DNA of 63,477 nt, the filler included. It is 4 parts of 4 records of this genome, joined end to end, with 100 filler letters (N's around TTAATTAATTAA, not from the genome) between each part and the next. Parts side by side here need not be neighbours in the genome. Positions count along the whole stretch, not along the records: positions 1 to 26,185 come from SRR20825010_6262; 3 more parts are not named here. One strand, given 5' to 3'. Below are positions 8,491 through 18,132 of this stretch, one piece after another (positions within the stretch are counted from its first letter, which is position 1; the number at the start of each line of letters is the position of its first letter). The position numbers and the translations under genes are program-made. The notes beneath the pieces were generated by a model that was not told where the DNA came from, made no database searches, and saw nothing but the letters and a program-made list of their open reading frames with translations.

Positions 8491-9018
8491 ATGAAAGCAC
8501 TACTACTGGCGGCAGCCATTCTCTTTCTGATTTCATGCGATCCCTATGTGCCGGAGTTTCCCGACGGTGCGGTGCAGGGCATGCGCCCCGTGTACCGGGA
8601 CTCCAGTCAGTTCGTCATCCGCCTGGCGGCCAGCCGTCCGCTGCTGCGCGCAGGCAAGATTTACAGCTATGGGGATTTTCTACTGATCAACGAGGTGGAG
8701 GAGGGCATCCACGTGGTGGACAACAGCGATCCGGCCCATCCGCAAACGATCTATTTTATTGAGGTGCCTGGCAACACCGACATGGCTATCAAAGATGGCA
8801 AGCTCTATGTCAACAATTTTTCGGACCTGGTAGCCCTGGAGGTGAGCGCCACGGAATTTCGGGAAATCTCCCGGTTTAAGAACCTGTTTCTGGAAGAAGG
8901 CTTTGAGGACCATCCACCCCAATCGGATGTGTACTTTGAATGTGTGGATTCGGAAAAGGGCGAACTCATTGGCTGGGAAGTGACGATACTGGAGGCACCT
9001 GAATGTTACAAACGATGA
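8491..9018 (+). CDS. Lipoprotein with LVIVD-like repeats
   Basis: Lipobox LISC; GIHVVDNSDPAHP..FIEVPGNTDMAIK. Confidence 0.75.
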   Translation: MKALLLAAAILFLISCDPYVPEFPDGAVQGMRPVYRDSSQFVIRLAASRPLLRAGKIYSYGDFLLINEVEEGIHVVDNSDPAHPQTIYFIEVPGNTDMAIKDGKLYVNNFSDLVALEVSATEFREISRFKNLFLEEGFEDHPPQSDVYFECVDSEKGELIGWEVTILEAPECYKR

Positions 9019-9755
9019 GAAAACCCTTCTACCTGCTCCTTGCCCTGCTGCTGATGCGCTGCGCAAGCGACGATACGCCGACTGTTTCCCTGGGGCCTGG
9101 CACGGGAACCGGCATTGGTGGTTCTACGGCTCGCTTCACGATTAAAGACGATTACCTCTACATTGCCACAGATTCGCGCCTGAAGGTGTTGCATGTGTCG
9201 GATGCGGCTGCACCGGAGTTGGTCAGCGACCTACCGCTTTTCTTTGGTCTGGAAACGATTTTCAGTTATAAAAACAATTTATTTATCGGTTCGAACGATG
9301 CGGTGTATATCTACAGCCTTTCGGACCCGGCCAACCCGAAATACCTGACGCGCTTCATCCACCAGACGGCCTGCGATCCGGTCATTGCCTACGGGAACTT
9401 CGCCTATATCACCGTGCGTGATGGACAAACCTGCCGGGGGGCGGTTACGAATCAATTGATCACGGTAGACATTTCGGATCTGGAAAAACCCGTGCAGATG
9501 GATGCCATAGAGATGGTGCGCCCCAGGGGCCTGACTATTTTTAATGGCGACTTGTATGTGGGTGAGGGAATCTACGGGCTGAAGAAATTTGATATCGCGG
9601 TAGGCCATAAACCCAGGCTGGATACTTTTTATACGGCTATCGCCTGCAATGACCTGATCGGATTGCCGGAACGGCTTATCATCACCGAAAATGAGGGTGT
9701 GGGCCAGTACGTTTTGGAAAATGATTCTTTGAAACTTTTGAGTAAGATCGAATGA
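9015..9755 (+). CDS. LVIVD-repeat lipoprotein
   Basis: Signal ending LLMRC; GGSTARFTI, repeats YIYSLSDPANP / ITVDISDLEKP, CDPV; ATGA coupling. Confidence 0.8.
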   Translation: MRKPFYLLLALLLMRCASDDTPTVSLGPGTGTGIGGSTARFTIKDDYLYIATDSRLKVLHVSDAAAPELVSDLPLFFGLETIFSYKNNLFIGSNDAVYIYSLSDPANPKYLTRFIHQTACDPVIAYGNFAYITVRDGQTCRGAVTNQLITVDISDLEKPVQMDAIEMVRPRGLTIFNGDLYVGEGIYGLKKFDIAVGHKPRLDTFYTAIACNDLIGLPERLIITENEGVGQYVLENDSLKLLSKIE

Positions 9756-10420
9756 TGCTGCGACCTGTCCTTCTTATTTTCCTGGGCTTTTCTTTGCTGC
9801 AAGCCAGTGGTCAGGTGGAACTGGAAAAACCGGTGAAGCCGGTTTTGTACCTGAAAGGCGAATTTCTAAATCTGTTAAATCCGGTTGATCCTTCGGTATT
9901 GGTTTCGCTGGAATATTTCCCGACGGGAGATCATTTCTCCATCACGCATGAGCTTGGCTATGTGGCGGAGATCAGGCAATACGATAACGTAGCGATCACG
10001 CGCAGCTTCAAAACGCGGCACGAGTTGCGCTACTATTTTCACGAAGCTGAGGGAGCCGGTAGTGCGTTACCCTATGTCGCTATTGATTTTCAATACCGGA
10101 AGTTGACGGTGAATGAACGCTATGTCCTGGGGTACGAGTGCGAGCTGGGCGACTGTACCTATTACCGCAATTATACCGGAGACTTTCGAACGAAACGCTA
10201 TGCCGCTACGTTGATCGGGGGCTTACAATACAAGTTGGGAAAACGTGTCGTTCTGGATACGGATTATGGCGTGGGTGGCTATCAATACAACCTCAATCGC
10301 TCGGAGCTGGAGGGTGGTTTGCTGATAGAAAATGATCGGTTTCTGGAGGAGGATAAATTTGGCTGGAGGTGGTATGCCACGGCCCATATCAAGTTGGGGT
10401 ATTTGATTATTGGGAGGTAA
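9752..10420 (+). CDS. Putative outer-membrane beta-barrel protein
   Basis: Signal peptide, alternating aromatic strands, C-terminal HIKLGYLI; ATGA coupling. Confidence 0.6.
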   Translation: MMLRPVLLIFLGFSLLQASGQVELEKPVKPVLYLKGEFLNLLNPVDPSVLVSLEYFPTGDHFSITHELGYVAEIRQYDNVAITRSFKTRHELRYYFHEAEGAGSALPYVAIDFQYRKLTVNERYVLGYECELGDCTYYRNYTGDFRTKRYAATLIGGLQYKLGKRVVLDTDYGVGGYQYNLNRSELEGGLLIENDRFLEEDKFGWRWYATAHIKLGYLIIGR

Positions 10421-10681
10421 GGGGTTGTTTTTAGAACCGCAGAGAAATGAAGGACGCGGAGGTTTGAGGAAATTGGACGCACCATCATTCGCTCGGAATA
10501 CTATTATGTAAGGCATCCTGCCCGGTTAAAGGGATGAAACCAAACGGAACTTTAATTTACAAATTAAGAGAACATTCCACTTGTATCTCAGTAGATTAAA
10601 ATATCCGAAATTGCTAGTTTCAGCAATGCAAGACACTAGAAAACACGAATAAATTGTTACTTTGTAGCAAAGCGCACAGAC

Positions 10682-10909
10682 ATGGATATTCAGGCAGAAA
10701 AATTAAGATTGATAGAATGGCTTGCTGGGCTAAATGATTCCAAAACCCTTAATGAGTTCATTGCTTTGAAGAAAGAGAAGGAAGTGGATTGGTGGGATCA
10801 AATGAGCAAAGAAGAACGATCTGAGATAGAAGAGGGACTTGCCCAGGCAGACAAAGGGGAGGTGACTCCTCATGCAGAGGTAATGGCAAAGTATAAAAAA
10901 TGGCTTTAG
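10682..10909 (+). CDS. Antitoxin (addiction-module component)
   Basis: MDIQAEKLRLIEW..DWWDQMS..IEEGLAQADKGEV; overlaps the toxin gene. Confidence 0.85.
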   Translation: MDIQAEKLRLIEWLAGLNDSKTLNEFIALKKEKEVDWWDQMSKEERSEIEEGLAQADKGEVTPHAEVMAKYKKWL

Positions 10910-11193
10910 AAATCGTTTGGACAAAGCGAGCTGAGGCAGGTTATGCAAAGATCATAGCTTATCTTGAAACCCATTTCACGGATCAGGAGATTAGCAAGTT
11001 TGTTCGTGAGACTCATGGATTTTTTGAGTTGCTCCGCCATTACCCTGAAATGTTTGAGAGTACTGAAAAACACAAGAATGTGCATCGGGGACCGATTAAT
11101 AGATACACACTATTGACCTACCGGGTCAAACCTCGAAAGGGTCAAATTGAACTGATCAATATCCGCTCTTCAAGGCAAAAACCAATCAAGTAA
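10900..11193 (+). CDS. RelE/ParE-family toxin
   Basis: IVWTKRAE..IIAYL..YPEMF..LTYRV..IRSSRQKP. Confidence 0.88.
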   Translation: MALEIVWTKRAEAGYAKIIAYLETHFTDQEISKFVRETHGFFELLRHYPEMFESTEKHKNVHRGPINRYTLLTYRVKPRKGQIELINIRSSRQKPIK

Positions 11194-11254
11194 TCCAACT
11201 AGAGTTAATGTTTGGCTTTTAATATAAAGGTTCTCATCCCTCAAAAACGGACAT

Positions 11255-11279
11255 AAAAAACCTAGACTTTTCTAAGTTT
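11255..11279 (-). terminator. Intrinsic terminator downstream of pruA and the structured element
   Basis: Minus strand AAACUUAGA-AAAG-UCUAGGUUU then U tract. Confidence 0.55.
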
Positions 11280-11295
11280 GGGTAATTGTAAGTGG

Positions 11296-11478
11296 GCCCT
11301 GAGGATTATCAGCTTTACTTCTCAACCACATCATCAGTAAAACGATGTATTCAGAATTTCCGGAACTTGGACTCGAAAGATTTGGAGCTAGGCAAATGAC
11401 TCTCGCTACCCACTGCTTTAGCAGTAGATGTGGAGTAAAATTACCAGCTCCAAAATTACCAATCCGGTAGTGCAGGGC
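11296..11478 (-). ncRNA. Candidate structured RNA of unknown family
   Basis: Closing stem GCCCUG/CAGGGC, long nested hairpin and two small hairpins; several stems extend only through G-U pairs on the minus strand. Confidence 0.45.
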
Positions 11479-11479
11479 A

Positions 11480-13111
11480 TTATTCTTCTTCTAAAAAAGG
11501 ATATTTGTAATCGGATGGAGGAACAAGCGTTTCCTTAATTGTGCGGGCGCTGGCCCAGCGAAGCAAGTTCATTGGTGCTCCTGCTTTGTCGTTGGTACCC
11601 GATCCGCGACTTCCACCGAAAGGTTGCTGACCTACCACGGCACCTGTTGGTTTGTCATTGATATAAAAATTACCAGCAGCATGTTTAAGCTTGTTTGCAG
11701 CCAAATCAATGGCGTACCGGTCTGTAGAGAACACAGCCCCTGTAAGGGCATAAGGAGAAGTACTATCTACCAGGTCAAGTGCTTCTTCAAACTTGTCTTC
11801 CTCGTAGACATAGATGGTCAGAACCGGCCCGAATATTTCATCACACATGGTTGTGTATTTCGGGTCTTTGGTGAGTATCACGGTTGGTTCTATGAAATAA
11901 CCGACAGAATCGTCGCAATTTCCACCATGAATGATTTCTATGGACGGGTCATTTTTAGCATTTGCTATAAAACCCGATATTTTATCAAAGGAACGTTTGT
12001 CGATGACGGCATTCACGAAATTTGAAAAATCTTCCGGGCTTCCCATCGTGATTTCTCTCAAATCCTCAATCAAATATTTCCTAACCAAATCCCAAAGATT
12101 TGAAGGAATATAGGCTCTGGAAGCTGCGCTGCACTTTTGTCCCTGATACTCAAATGCTCCACGAATCAGACCGGTGGCCACTTGTTTTGCATCAGCGGAT
12201 TTATGGGCAATAACAAAATCCTTTCCCCCCGTTTCCCCTACAATTCTTGGATAGGTTTTGTATTTATCAATGTTCAAACCAATGGTTTTCCAAAGTGCCT
12301 GAAAAACAGCCGTGCTCCCGGTGAAATGCAATCCCGCAAAATCCCGATGTTGAAAGATCACGTCCCCGGCAATCGGCCCATCGACATAAATCAAATTGAT
12401 GACACCAGCTGGAAGTCCGGCTTCCATGAAAACCTCCATAATGACTTGAGCAGAATAGATTTGGGTGTAGGCAGGCTTCCAAACGACCGTGTTGCCCATC
12501 AGAGCAGGTGCGGCAGGCAGGTTACCGGCGATGGCAGTAAAGTTGAAAGGCGTAACAGCAAAGACAAAACCTTCCAATGCTCTGTACTCCAATCGATTCC
12601 AAATTCCGGGCGAAGAAACCGGCTGGTCGTTGTAGATCTGTTGCATGAAATAGGCATTGAACCTCAAAAAGTCGATAAACTCACATGCCGCATCAATCTC
12701 TGCCTGATAGGCATTTTTTGATTGCCCGAGTATAGTTGCTGCATTGATTTTAGCACGATATGGGCCAGCGAGTAAATCTGCTGCTTTCAAGAAGATGCTC
12801 GCGCGATGTTCCCATGAGAGGTTTTCCCATTGGCCTTTGGCGTCTAAAGCCGCCTGAACCGCTTGCTCGACATGACTTTTGTCCCCCTCGTGAAAATAGC
12901 CGAGCACATGTTTGTGCTCGTATGGAGGGCTCATTTTGATTTTATTCCCCGTTCGGACTTCCTTGCCCCCGATGTACATCGGGATGTCCTTTTCTTCACT
13001 TCTGAAAGCTTTAATTGCTCGCTTCAGTTCAGCTTTTTCAGGTGATCCAGGAGCATAAGATGCTACAGGTTCGTTACTCGGTTTGGGAATAAGAAATGTT
13101 CCGTTTGACAT
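11480..13111 (-). CDS. pruA: L-glutamate gamma-semialdehyde (P5C) dehydrogenase
   Basis: ALDH motifs TPFNF, FTGST, GETGGKD, YQGQKCSA, EIFGP, NDKPTGAVVGQQPFGG. Confidence 0.96.
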   Translation of the reverse strand: MSNGTFLIPKPSNEPVASYAPGSPEKAELKRAIKAFRSEEKDIPMYIGGKEVRTGNKIKMSPPYEHKHVLGYFHEGDKSHVEQAVQAALDAKGQWENLSWEHRASIFLKAADLLAGPYRAKINAATILGQSKNAYQAEIDAACEFIDFLRFNAYFMQQIYNDQPVSSPGIWNRLEYRALEGFVFAVTPFNFTAIAGNLPAAPALMGNTVVWKPAYTQIYSAQVIMEVFMEAGLPAGVINLIYVDGPIAGDVIFQHRDFAGLHFTGSTAVFQALWKTIGLNIDKYKTYPRIVGETGGKDFVIAHKSADAKQVATGLIRGAFEYQGQKCSAASRAYIPSNLWDLVRKYLIEDLREITMGSPEDFSNFVNAVIDKRSFDKISGFIANAKNDPSIEIIHGGNCDDSVGYFIEPTVILTKDPKYTTMCDEIFGPVLTIYVYEEDKFEEALDLVDSTSPYALTGAVFSTDRYAIDLAANKLKHAAGNFYINDKPTGAVVGQQPFGGSRGSGTNDKAGAPMNLLRWASARTIKETLVPPSDYKYPFLEEE

Positions 13112-13136
13112 ATCATCTTGGGGTTTGATTTCACTG

Positions 13137-13144
13137 CAAAGGTA
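13137..13144 (-). promoter_or_regulatory. Bacteroidota -7 promoter element for pruA
   Basis: TACCTTTG matches TAnnTTTG, 25 nt upstream of ATG. Confidence 0.55.
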
Positions 13145-13159
13145 ACCAATTGGGCTTAG

Positions 13160-13852
13160 CTATAGAATTTTCATGAGTTCCGATAAATGAGATATCTGCC
13201 ATTGGCAATCCGATTTCACCGTTCCTAAAGGATTAAAATAAATAGGTGTAATATTCGCATTCATAGCCCCGTGAATATCCGCTTTCAGGTTGTCACCGAT
13301 CATCACTACCTGATGGCTTTTAATGCCGAGCTCATCCATTGCATAATGAAAGACTCCCGGATCAGGCTTTTTTTTCCCAATGGTCTCCGACGTGAAAACC
13401 TTTTTAAAATATTTGTTCAATTGACTGGTCTCCATTTTTACTTTTTGAACATCCTCAAAACCATTTGTGATGATACTCATGTGATACTTTTTCACCAGAT
13501 AGTTTAGTACCATATCCGCACCATCGATCAGACCACTTTGGCGTGGGCAGTGATAAAGGAAATAATCTGACAAGGAATCAGAAATTGAAAAATCAACAGC
13601 ACCGCATTTCTCAAGCACAATTTTGAAGCGGTTAACTCGTAAGTAATCACGGTCAATTTTCCCGAAACTGTAATCGTGCCAAAGCTTGTCATTGACCTTT
13701 CTGTAGCGCTTCAAAAAGGCCTCTGAATCCATCGTTACAATATTCTGAAGACCAAACTCTCGATACATGTTCTGTAAAACTGTATTCGCGTTCAAATCAT
13801 GGTCCCACAGGGTATGATCCAAATCAAAGAAAATATGTGTAATGTCTTTCAC
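13160..13852 (-). CDS. yjjG: YjjG-family HAD pyrimidine nucleotidase
   Basis: FFDLDHTLWD, ITNGF, KKPDP, MIGDNLKADI. Confidence 0.88.
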   Translation of the reverse strand: MKDITHIFFDLDHTLWDHDLNANTVLQNMYREFGLQNIVTMDSEAFLKRYRKVNDKLWHDYSFGKIDRDYLRVNRFKIVLEKCGAVDFSISDSLSDYFLYHCPRQSGLIDGADMVLNYLVKKYHMSIITNGFEDVQKVKMETSQLNKYFKKVFTSETIGKKKPDPGVFHYAMDELGIKSHQVVMIGDNLKADIHGAMNANITPIYFNPLGTVKSDCQWQISHLSELMKIL

Positions 13853-14232
13853 CCTCTGTATCCTTTTGCTAGTAATTTATTCGAAGACAACTCCCGATTT
13901 GAATTCATAACCTCATGTACGCTCTGATCCTTTTGTAGTTGCACATCCTTATGCAGGAAATCAAATATCCTTGTTACCATATCATACACTTCATCCTTAA
14001 TGCTGTACATCACGTACTGATCTTTTTTTTCAGCGTTCACGAGTCCGGCATTTTTCAGATAATTAACATGTCGACTGGTTTTTGTTTGGGTGAAATCGAG
14101 GATCGATTCCAGGTCGGAAATAGACAGTTCGTTGTTGCGAAAAAGCAGATGAATGATCCTGACCCGCGATTCCTCTGCAAAGCAGCGAAATATTTGCGTA
14201 CCGTATGCGAGACTGAAATTCTTTAACCTCAT
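13849..14232 (-). CDS. ArsR/SmtB-family transcription regulator
   Basis: EESRVRIIHLL..QTKTSRHVNYLKNAGLV winged helix. Confidence 0.88.
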   Translation of the reverse strand: MRLKNFSLAYGTQIFRCFAEESRVRIIHLLFRNNELSISDLESILDFTQTKTSRHVNYLKNAGLVNAEKKDQYVMYSIKDEVYDMVTRIFDFLHKDVQLQKDQSVHEVMNSNRELSSNKLLAKGYRG

Positions 14233-14310
14233 GATTTTTTATCGTTACTTTTGACAAAAATTAAACTTTTCACGTTTAAATAGTCTTTAGATATAGAAAA
14301 CTCGTTCGAT

Positions 14311-14928
14311 TTGCGCAAAAGCTTAATTATCATAGGACTTCTGATGATCGTTTGCATGGCCTCTCAGGCTCAGCAAGCTCCAAAGATCATACAATTTACC
14401 GGGGTTGTATTCACTCCGGATAGCACTTCCGTTATTCCGGGCGTTCACATCTACGTGCCAGCAGTTGGAAGGGGTACGACAACCAACCCGTACGGATTTT
14501 TTTCCATGCCAGTGGTAGAAGGCGACAGCATTGTCTTCAGCGCTGTTGGGTTTAAACGAATTTCGTTCGTTGTACCGTCACACAAATCGGATAGAAGTTT
14601 AAAACTTCTGCTTACCATGGAAGAAGACATTGCCTTTCTTGAAGAAGTAGAAATATTCCCATACCCGTCTGAGGCCATGTTCAAAAAAGCGGTTCTTGCT
14701 ATGGATTTGTCCGACCAGCAGGATTACGACAATCTGGAAGCATGGCTTGCAGCTCAATACATGTCAAGAGCTCATAAAGGGCTTCCGGCCAGTTCCAATA
14801 CCAACTATCGCTACTTCATGGCGCAACAAGCGCAGGCCAACAACTACAAGTTTCAGGCTCCTGTCAACAATTTCGCGAACCCGTTTGCCTGGGCACGATT
14901 TATCCGGGACATGAAAAACGACAAATAA
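14311..14928 (+). CDS. Carboxypeptidase-like regulatory domain protein
   Basis: Signal peptide; GTTTNPYGFFS..DSIVFSAVGF..LEEVEI. Confidence 0.8.
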   Translation: MRKSLIIIGLLMIVCMASQAQQAPKIIQFTGVVFTPDSTSVIPGVHIYVPAVGRGTTTNPYGFFSMPVVEGDSIVFSAVGFKRISFVVPSHKSDRSLKLLLTMEEDIAFLEEVEIFPYPSEAMFKKAVLAMDLSDQQDYDNLEAWLAAQYMSRAHKGLPASSNTNYRYFMAQQAQANNYKFQAPVNNFANPFAWARFIRDMKNDK

Positions 14929-14933
14929 TCTCT

Positions 14934-16184
14934 TCAGACTCCATTTGAATTAGCGGCTATCTCTATCACTTGATTCCAGACACGGAAGGTGTTTTTATAG
15001 CAAATTTTTTCGATATCTTCCTCGCTATAACCTCTTTTCAATAGCTCAAAAATGATATTCGGATACATCGAAACATCCTTTAGCCCATTGGGAAGGCTGT
15101 TACCCACACCATCGAAATCTGATCCGAAACCGACATGATCAATTCCCGCCAGCTCTACGACCCGGTCGAAATGGTCTGCCACTATTTTCACATCGGCAAA
15201 AACGTCCTGATCTTCAGCATATTTCGTGGCATAATTGATATAAGCAGAGTCGGTTAATGCCAGGCCTTGTTCGGCTCGGTAGTTGATCAAATGCTCATCC
15301 ATACGATCAAATTTGTCTTGGGACTCTTTTGATAAGAAGGTTGATCCAAAATTGATATGAATAACTCCTCCATTTTCCCCCAACGCCTTAATCATGTCGT
15401 CACTCATATTGCGCTCAAAACCGGGAGTATAATATCTGCAGGAGGAATGAGATGCAATGAGTGGCGCTTTTGTGATCTTTAAAACGTCATAAAACGCACT
15501 ATCCGAGATGTGTGAGATGTCCACCATCATCCCCACCCTGTTCATTTCTGCGACAACTTGCTCGCCGAATGGGCTCAGGCCATTCCACATGTAGGTAGTG
15601 TCGTAAGACGAATCACAAATCTGGTTGTCCTTGCCATGCGTAAGCGTCACGTATCGGATGCCACGATTAAAGAAATACTCCACATTCGTAATGTCATCTT
15701 CAATGGGTGCGCCATTTTCCATCCCCATTGGCAAGGAAATCAATCCTTTACTGAAATTGGCTTGAATATCAGCAGGGTTGTTGGCCAACGCAAAAAGATT
15801 TGGAAAGGCCACTGGCAACTTCGCTACCAAACCAATAAGAGAATCGGCAAAAATTTTTGCTCCTCCTGTTACCTGATAGATAGATGGTATGTAAATAGAC
15901 ATAAAGGGAGCATCCAGACCTCCTTTTTTAGATTTGGCCGCATCAAAGTTTCCTGTTGTTTCTTTAGAGACGTCCATTACCTCTTTTTTCAATATAAAGC
16001 CTGCCTTTTTCATTCGATACGGCAAGTCCACATGACCATCCATGATTATAAATTTATGTGCCAATTCGTCGGCATAAGCCAATAATTTCTCATCGGACAT
16101 TGATTCAACCGTTTTTCCCTTCTCAGGTTGACTGCATTGACCAAAAGCAAAAAGGATTACTAGCAACAATAGAAAATTTCGCAT
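14934..16184 (-). CDS. Membrane dipeptidase (M19)
   Basis: DGHVDLP, GMENG, VDISH, ASHS, GSDFDG. Confidence 0.92.
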   Translation of the reverse strand: MRNFLLLLVILFAFGQCSQPEKGKTVESMSDEKLLAYADELAHKFIIMDGHVDLPYRMKKAGFILKKEVMDVSKETTGNFDAAKSKKGGLDAPFMSIYIPSIYQVTGGAKIFADSLIGLVAKLPVAFPNLFALANNPADIQANFSKGLISLPMGMENGAPIEDDITNVEYFFNRGIRYVTLTHGKDNQICDSSYDTTYMWNGLSPFGEQVVAEMNRVGMMVDISHISDSAFYDVLKITKAPLIASHSSCRYYTPGFERNMSDDMIKALGENGGVIHINFGSTFLSKESQDKFDRMDEHLINYRAEQGLALTDSAYINYATKYAEDQDVFADVKIVADHFDRVVELAGIDHVGFGSDFDGVGNSLPNGLKDVSMYPNIIFELLKRGYSEEDIEKICYKNTFRVWNQVIEIAANSNGV

Positions 16185-16210
16185 GTATTAGATTGTTAGG
16201 TAGAGTAGAA

Positions 16211-17119
16211 CTATTTCTGAATCTTGGCATCAAAGGTAAGTCCTCCGGTAGAAGGAGAATTACCTTCCACAGATTTAATAAGGATGATTCCCTTTTTATC
16301 GCCCCGGGCTGAAGCCAACTGAAAACCGATCAACTGATCGACTACAATATTGGTGATGCTATCAACCGGATTGGATTGACCGGTAAAGACATTTTCTATT
16401 TGCTCTGAAGTAATAATGCTGTTGTAATCTACCCCAGTGCCTAAGAGATATAGGCTCGTCGCGTTCTCTACCCCAAACAAAGGCCACAGGGCACTGGATT
16501 GTTCTTTCCATACGTTCTCCGAGAAATCATTCGACGGAGCGGCCAGAACGCGTTTGTCTGCAGTGGTGAAAAAACACACCAGATCAATACTCTTTTTAAG
16601 CGTGGTGCTGTTTTTGACATTACTACCAAAATAGACCGTGTCCTTCACCACATCAATGAAGCTGCCTGTAGAAAGATTATTATAGCCCAGCACGTTCTTG
16701 TTAGAAATCAATTGGATGGCAGATTCTTCTATGGATAGGGAAATGGTATCCCCCGCAACACGATCGAGCAAATCGGTAACTGAAAAAGTAAAAGTCAAAT
16801 TTTTACCCGCATATTCAGGCTCAATGGTAAACGAATGGCTTTCAGCAATGCTGGTTGTAAGCGAATCTACGCCGCTTTCATATACCCTTTGCAATTCCTG
16901 ATCATCCAGCCAAATGATAGATAGGCCGCTCTTAATTCCTGCAGGAATGGCCGCCTCCAATGTAAAATCGATCGTTTCCAGAACTTTGATTGTAGTGCCA
17001 ATTTCACCAAGGTTAATAACCGCACCTGGATCTGATGGGCCTTTTTCATTGTCTTTTTTGCACCCCGCCAAAGCGGCTAATGCAAGCATGCATGAAAGAA
17101 GAAAAGCCTTATTTATCAT
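16211..17119 (-). CDS. Hypothetical lipoprotein
   Basis: Lipobox LAGC-KKD; similar to its neighbour. Confidence 0.75.
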   Translation of the reverse strand: MINKAFLLSCMLALAALAGCKKDNEKGPSDPGAVINLGEIGTTIKVLETIDFTLEAAIPAGIKSGLSIIWLDDQELQRVYESGVDSLTTSIAESHSFTIEPEYAGKNLTFTFSVTDLLDRVAGDTISLSIEESAIQLISNKNVLGYNNLSTGSFIDVVKDTVYFGSNVKNSTTLKKSIDLVCFFTTADKRVLAAPSNDFSENVWKEQSSALWPLFGVENATSLYLLGTGVDYNSIITSEQIENVFTGQSNPVDSITNIVVDQLIGFQLASARGDKKGIILIKSVEGNSPSTGGLTFDAKIQK

Positions 17120-17149
17120 AGCAACTAAATTAAGTACACTAGCGGATAT

Positions 17150-17178
17150 AAAAAAACCCCACTGTTTGGGTGGGGTTT
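17150..17178 (-). terminator. Intrinsic terminator between the two lipoprotein genes
   Basis: AAACCCCAC-N7-GTGGGGTTT with A tract on + strand. Confidence 0.65.
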
Positions 17179-17202
17179 CAATAGTTGCTTTATGCTTTTT
17201 TA

Positions 17203-18132
17203 TTACTCTGCCGAAGCTAGAATAAACTCCAAATCAATGTAGTCATTTGAATCGGCCCCTGCTTCTAAGCCTGAAACGTAAATAAACCCCTTAAGCCCTG
17301 CAACAGTCTCGAATGCCACAACATTTCCTACAGCCAAGCTAGTAACAATGCCAGTCTGGCTAGTCAGATCCACTTTTGCAAATTCTGTTTCAACATCAGC
17401 AACAGTTGTTAAACCAGTATAGGTCTCCAAACTCATGGATGTTTTCATGAGTTTGGTAGCATTTTTAGTTCCCCAGCCGCCAACATTGAAAACTGTAGAT
17501 GGATACTTAAAAATTGAAGCCAATGAAGCCTTATCTGTACCCCCGTAGTAGTAACCCAAATCAATTTTAGGTGAGATCGGCTCAGTAGTGCCTGTAACGT
17601 TTGAGTGTGTATAAATAACATTCTCCGCAATTGCGTAGAATGTTGCAGAATTGCCGTCTCCAGTTGGAGGATATAGAAGCTTAGCCGTTTGAACTTTTGC
17701 ATCCGCAGATGTTATATCAACAGAAACCGTGGTACTATCCGCTTGTCCGATTTCATCAACTACTATGAAAATAGCTTCCCATGTCAACCCAACGTCTGTT
17801 AATTCAGGAGAACTGGTAAGTCCCAAATTGAATGATTTATTGGTCTCACCAGCAGCTAAGTCCAAATCGTCACGATTTTTATCAAATCCAACAAAAGAAT
17901 TAGCGCCTGTGTATATTCGATTAATTCCACCTGCGGCCTGAGCTGTAACCACAAACGATATAGAATCCCCAGGTTGTGCTGTTGTAGCCGCTTGGCCGTT
18001 CACTTGTAATACAACTGATATTGATGGTAATGCAAATTCAGGGCCTGTTTCTTCGTCCCCGCTACAACCGATAAGCACAACCATAATACCTAGTACTACG
18101 ACAAAAAGTGCATTGTTAATTAGTCCTCTCAT
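17203..18132 (-). CDS. Hypothetical lipoprotein
   Basis: Start MRGLINN at 18132; lipobox LIGC-SGD. Confidence 0.75.
   Translation of the reverse strand: MRGLINNALFVVVLGIMVVLIGCSGDEETGPEFALPSISVVLQVNGQAATTAQPGDSISFVVTAQAAGGINRIYTGANSFVGFDKNRDDLDLAAGETNKSFNLGLTSSPELTDVGLTWEAIFIVVDEIGQADSTTVSVDITSADAKVQTAKLLYPPTGDGNSATFYAIAENVIYTHSNVTGTTEPISPKIDLGYYYGGTDKASLASIFKYPSTVFNVGGWGTKNATKLMKTSMSLETYTGLTTVADVETEFAKVDLTSQTGIVTSLAVGNVVAFETVAGLKGFIYVSGLEAGADSNDYIDLEFILASAE

Noticed and set aside
11291-11307. tRNA 3' end or att site (AATCCTCAGGGCCCACT on minus strand)
   Set aside because: No TTCGA T-loop or cloverleaf, no second copy and no integrase in the window.
11296-11478. Retron msr-msd or 6S RNA
   Set aside because: No reverse transcriptase on the contig; the fold is asymmetric and lacks the central bubble of 6S. 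Kept only as an unassigned structured RNA.
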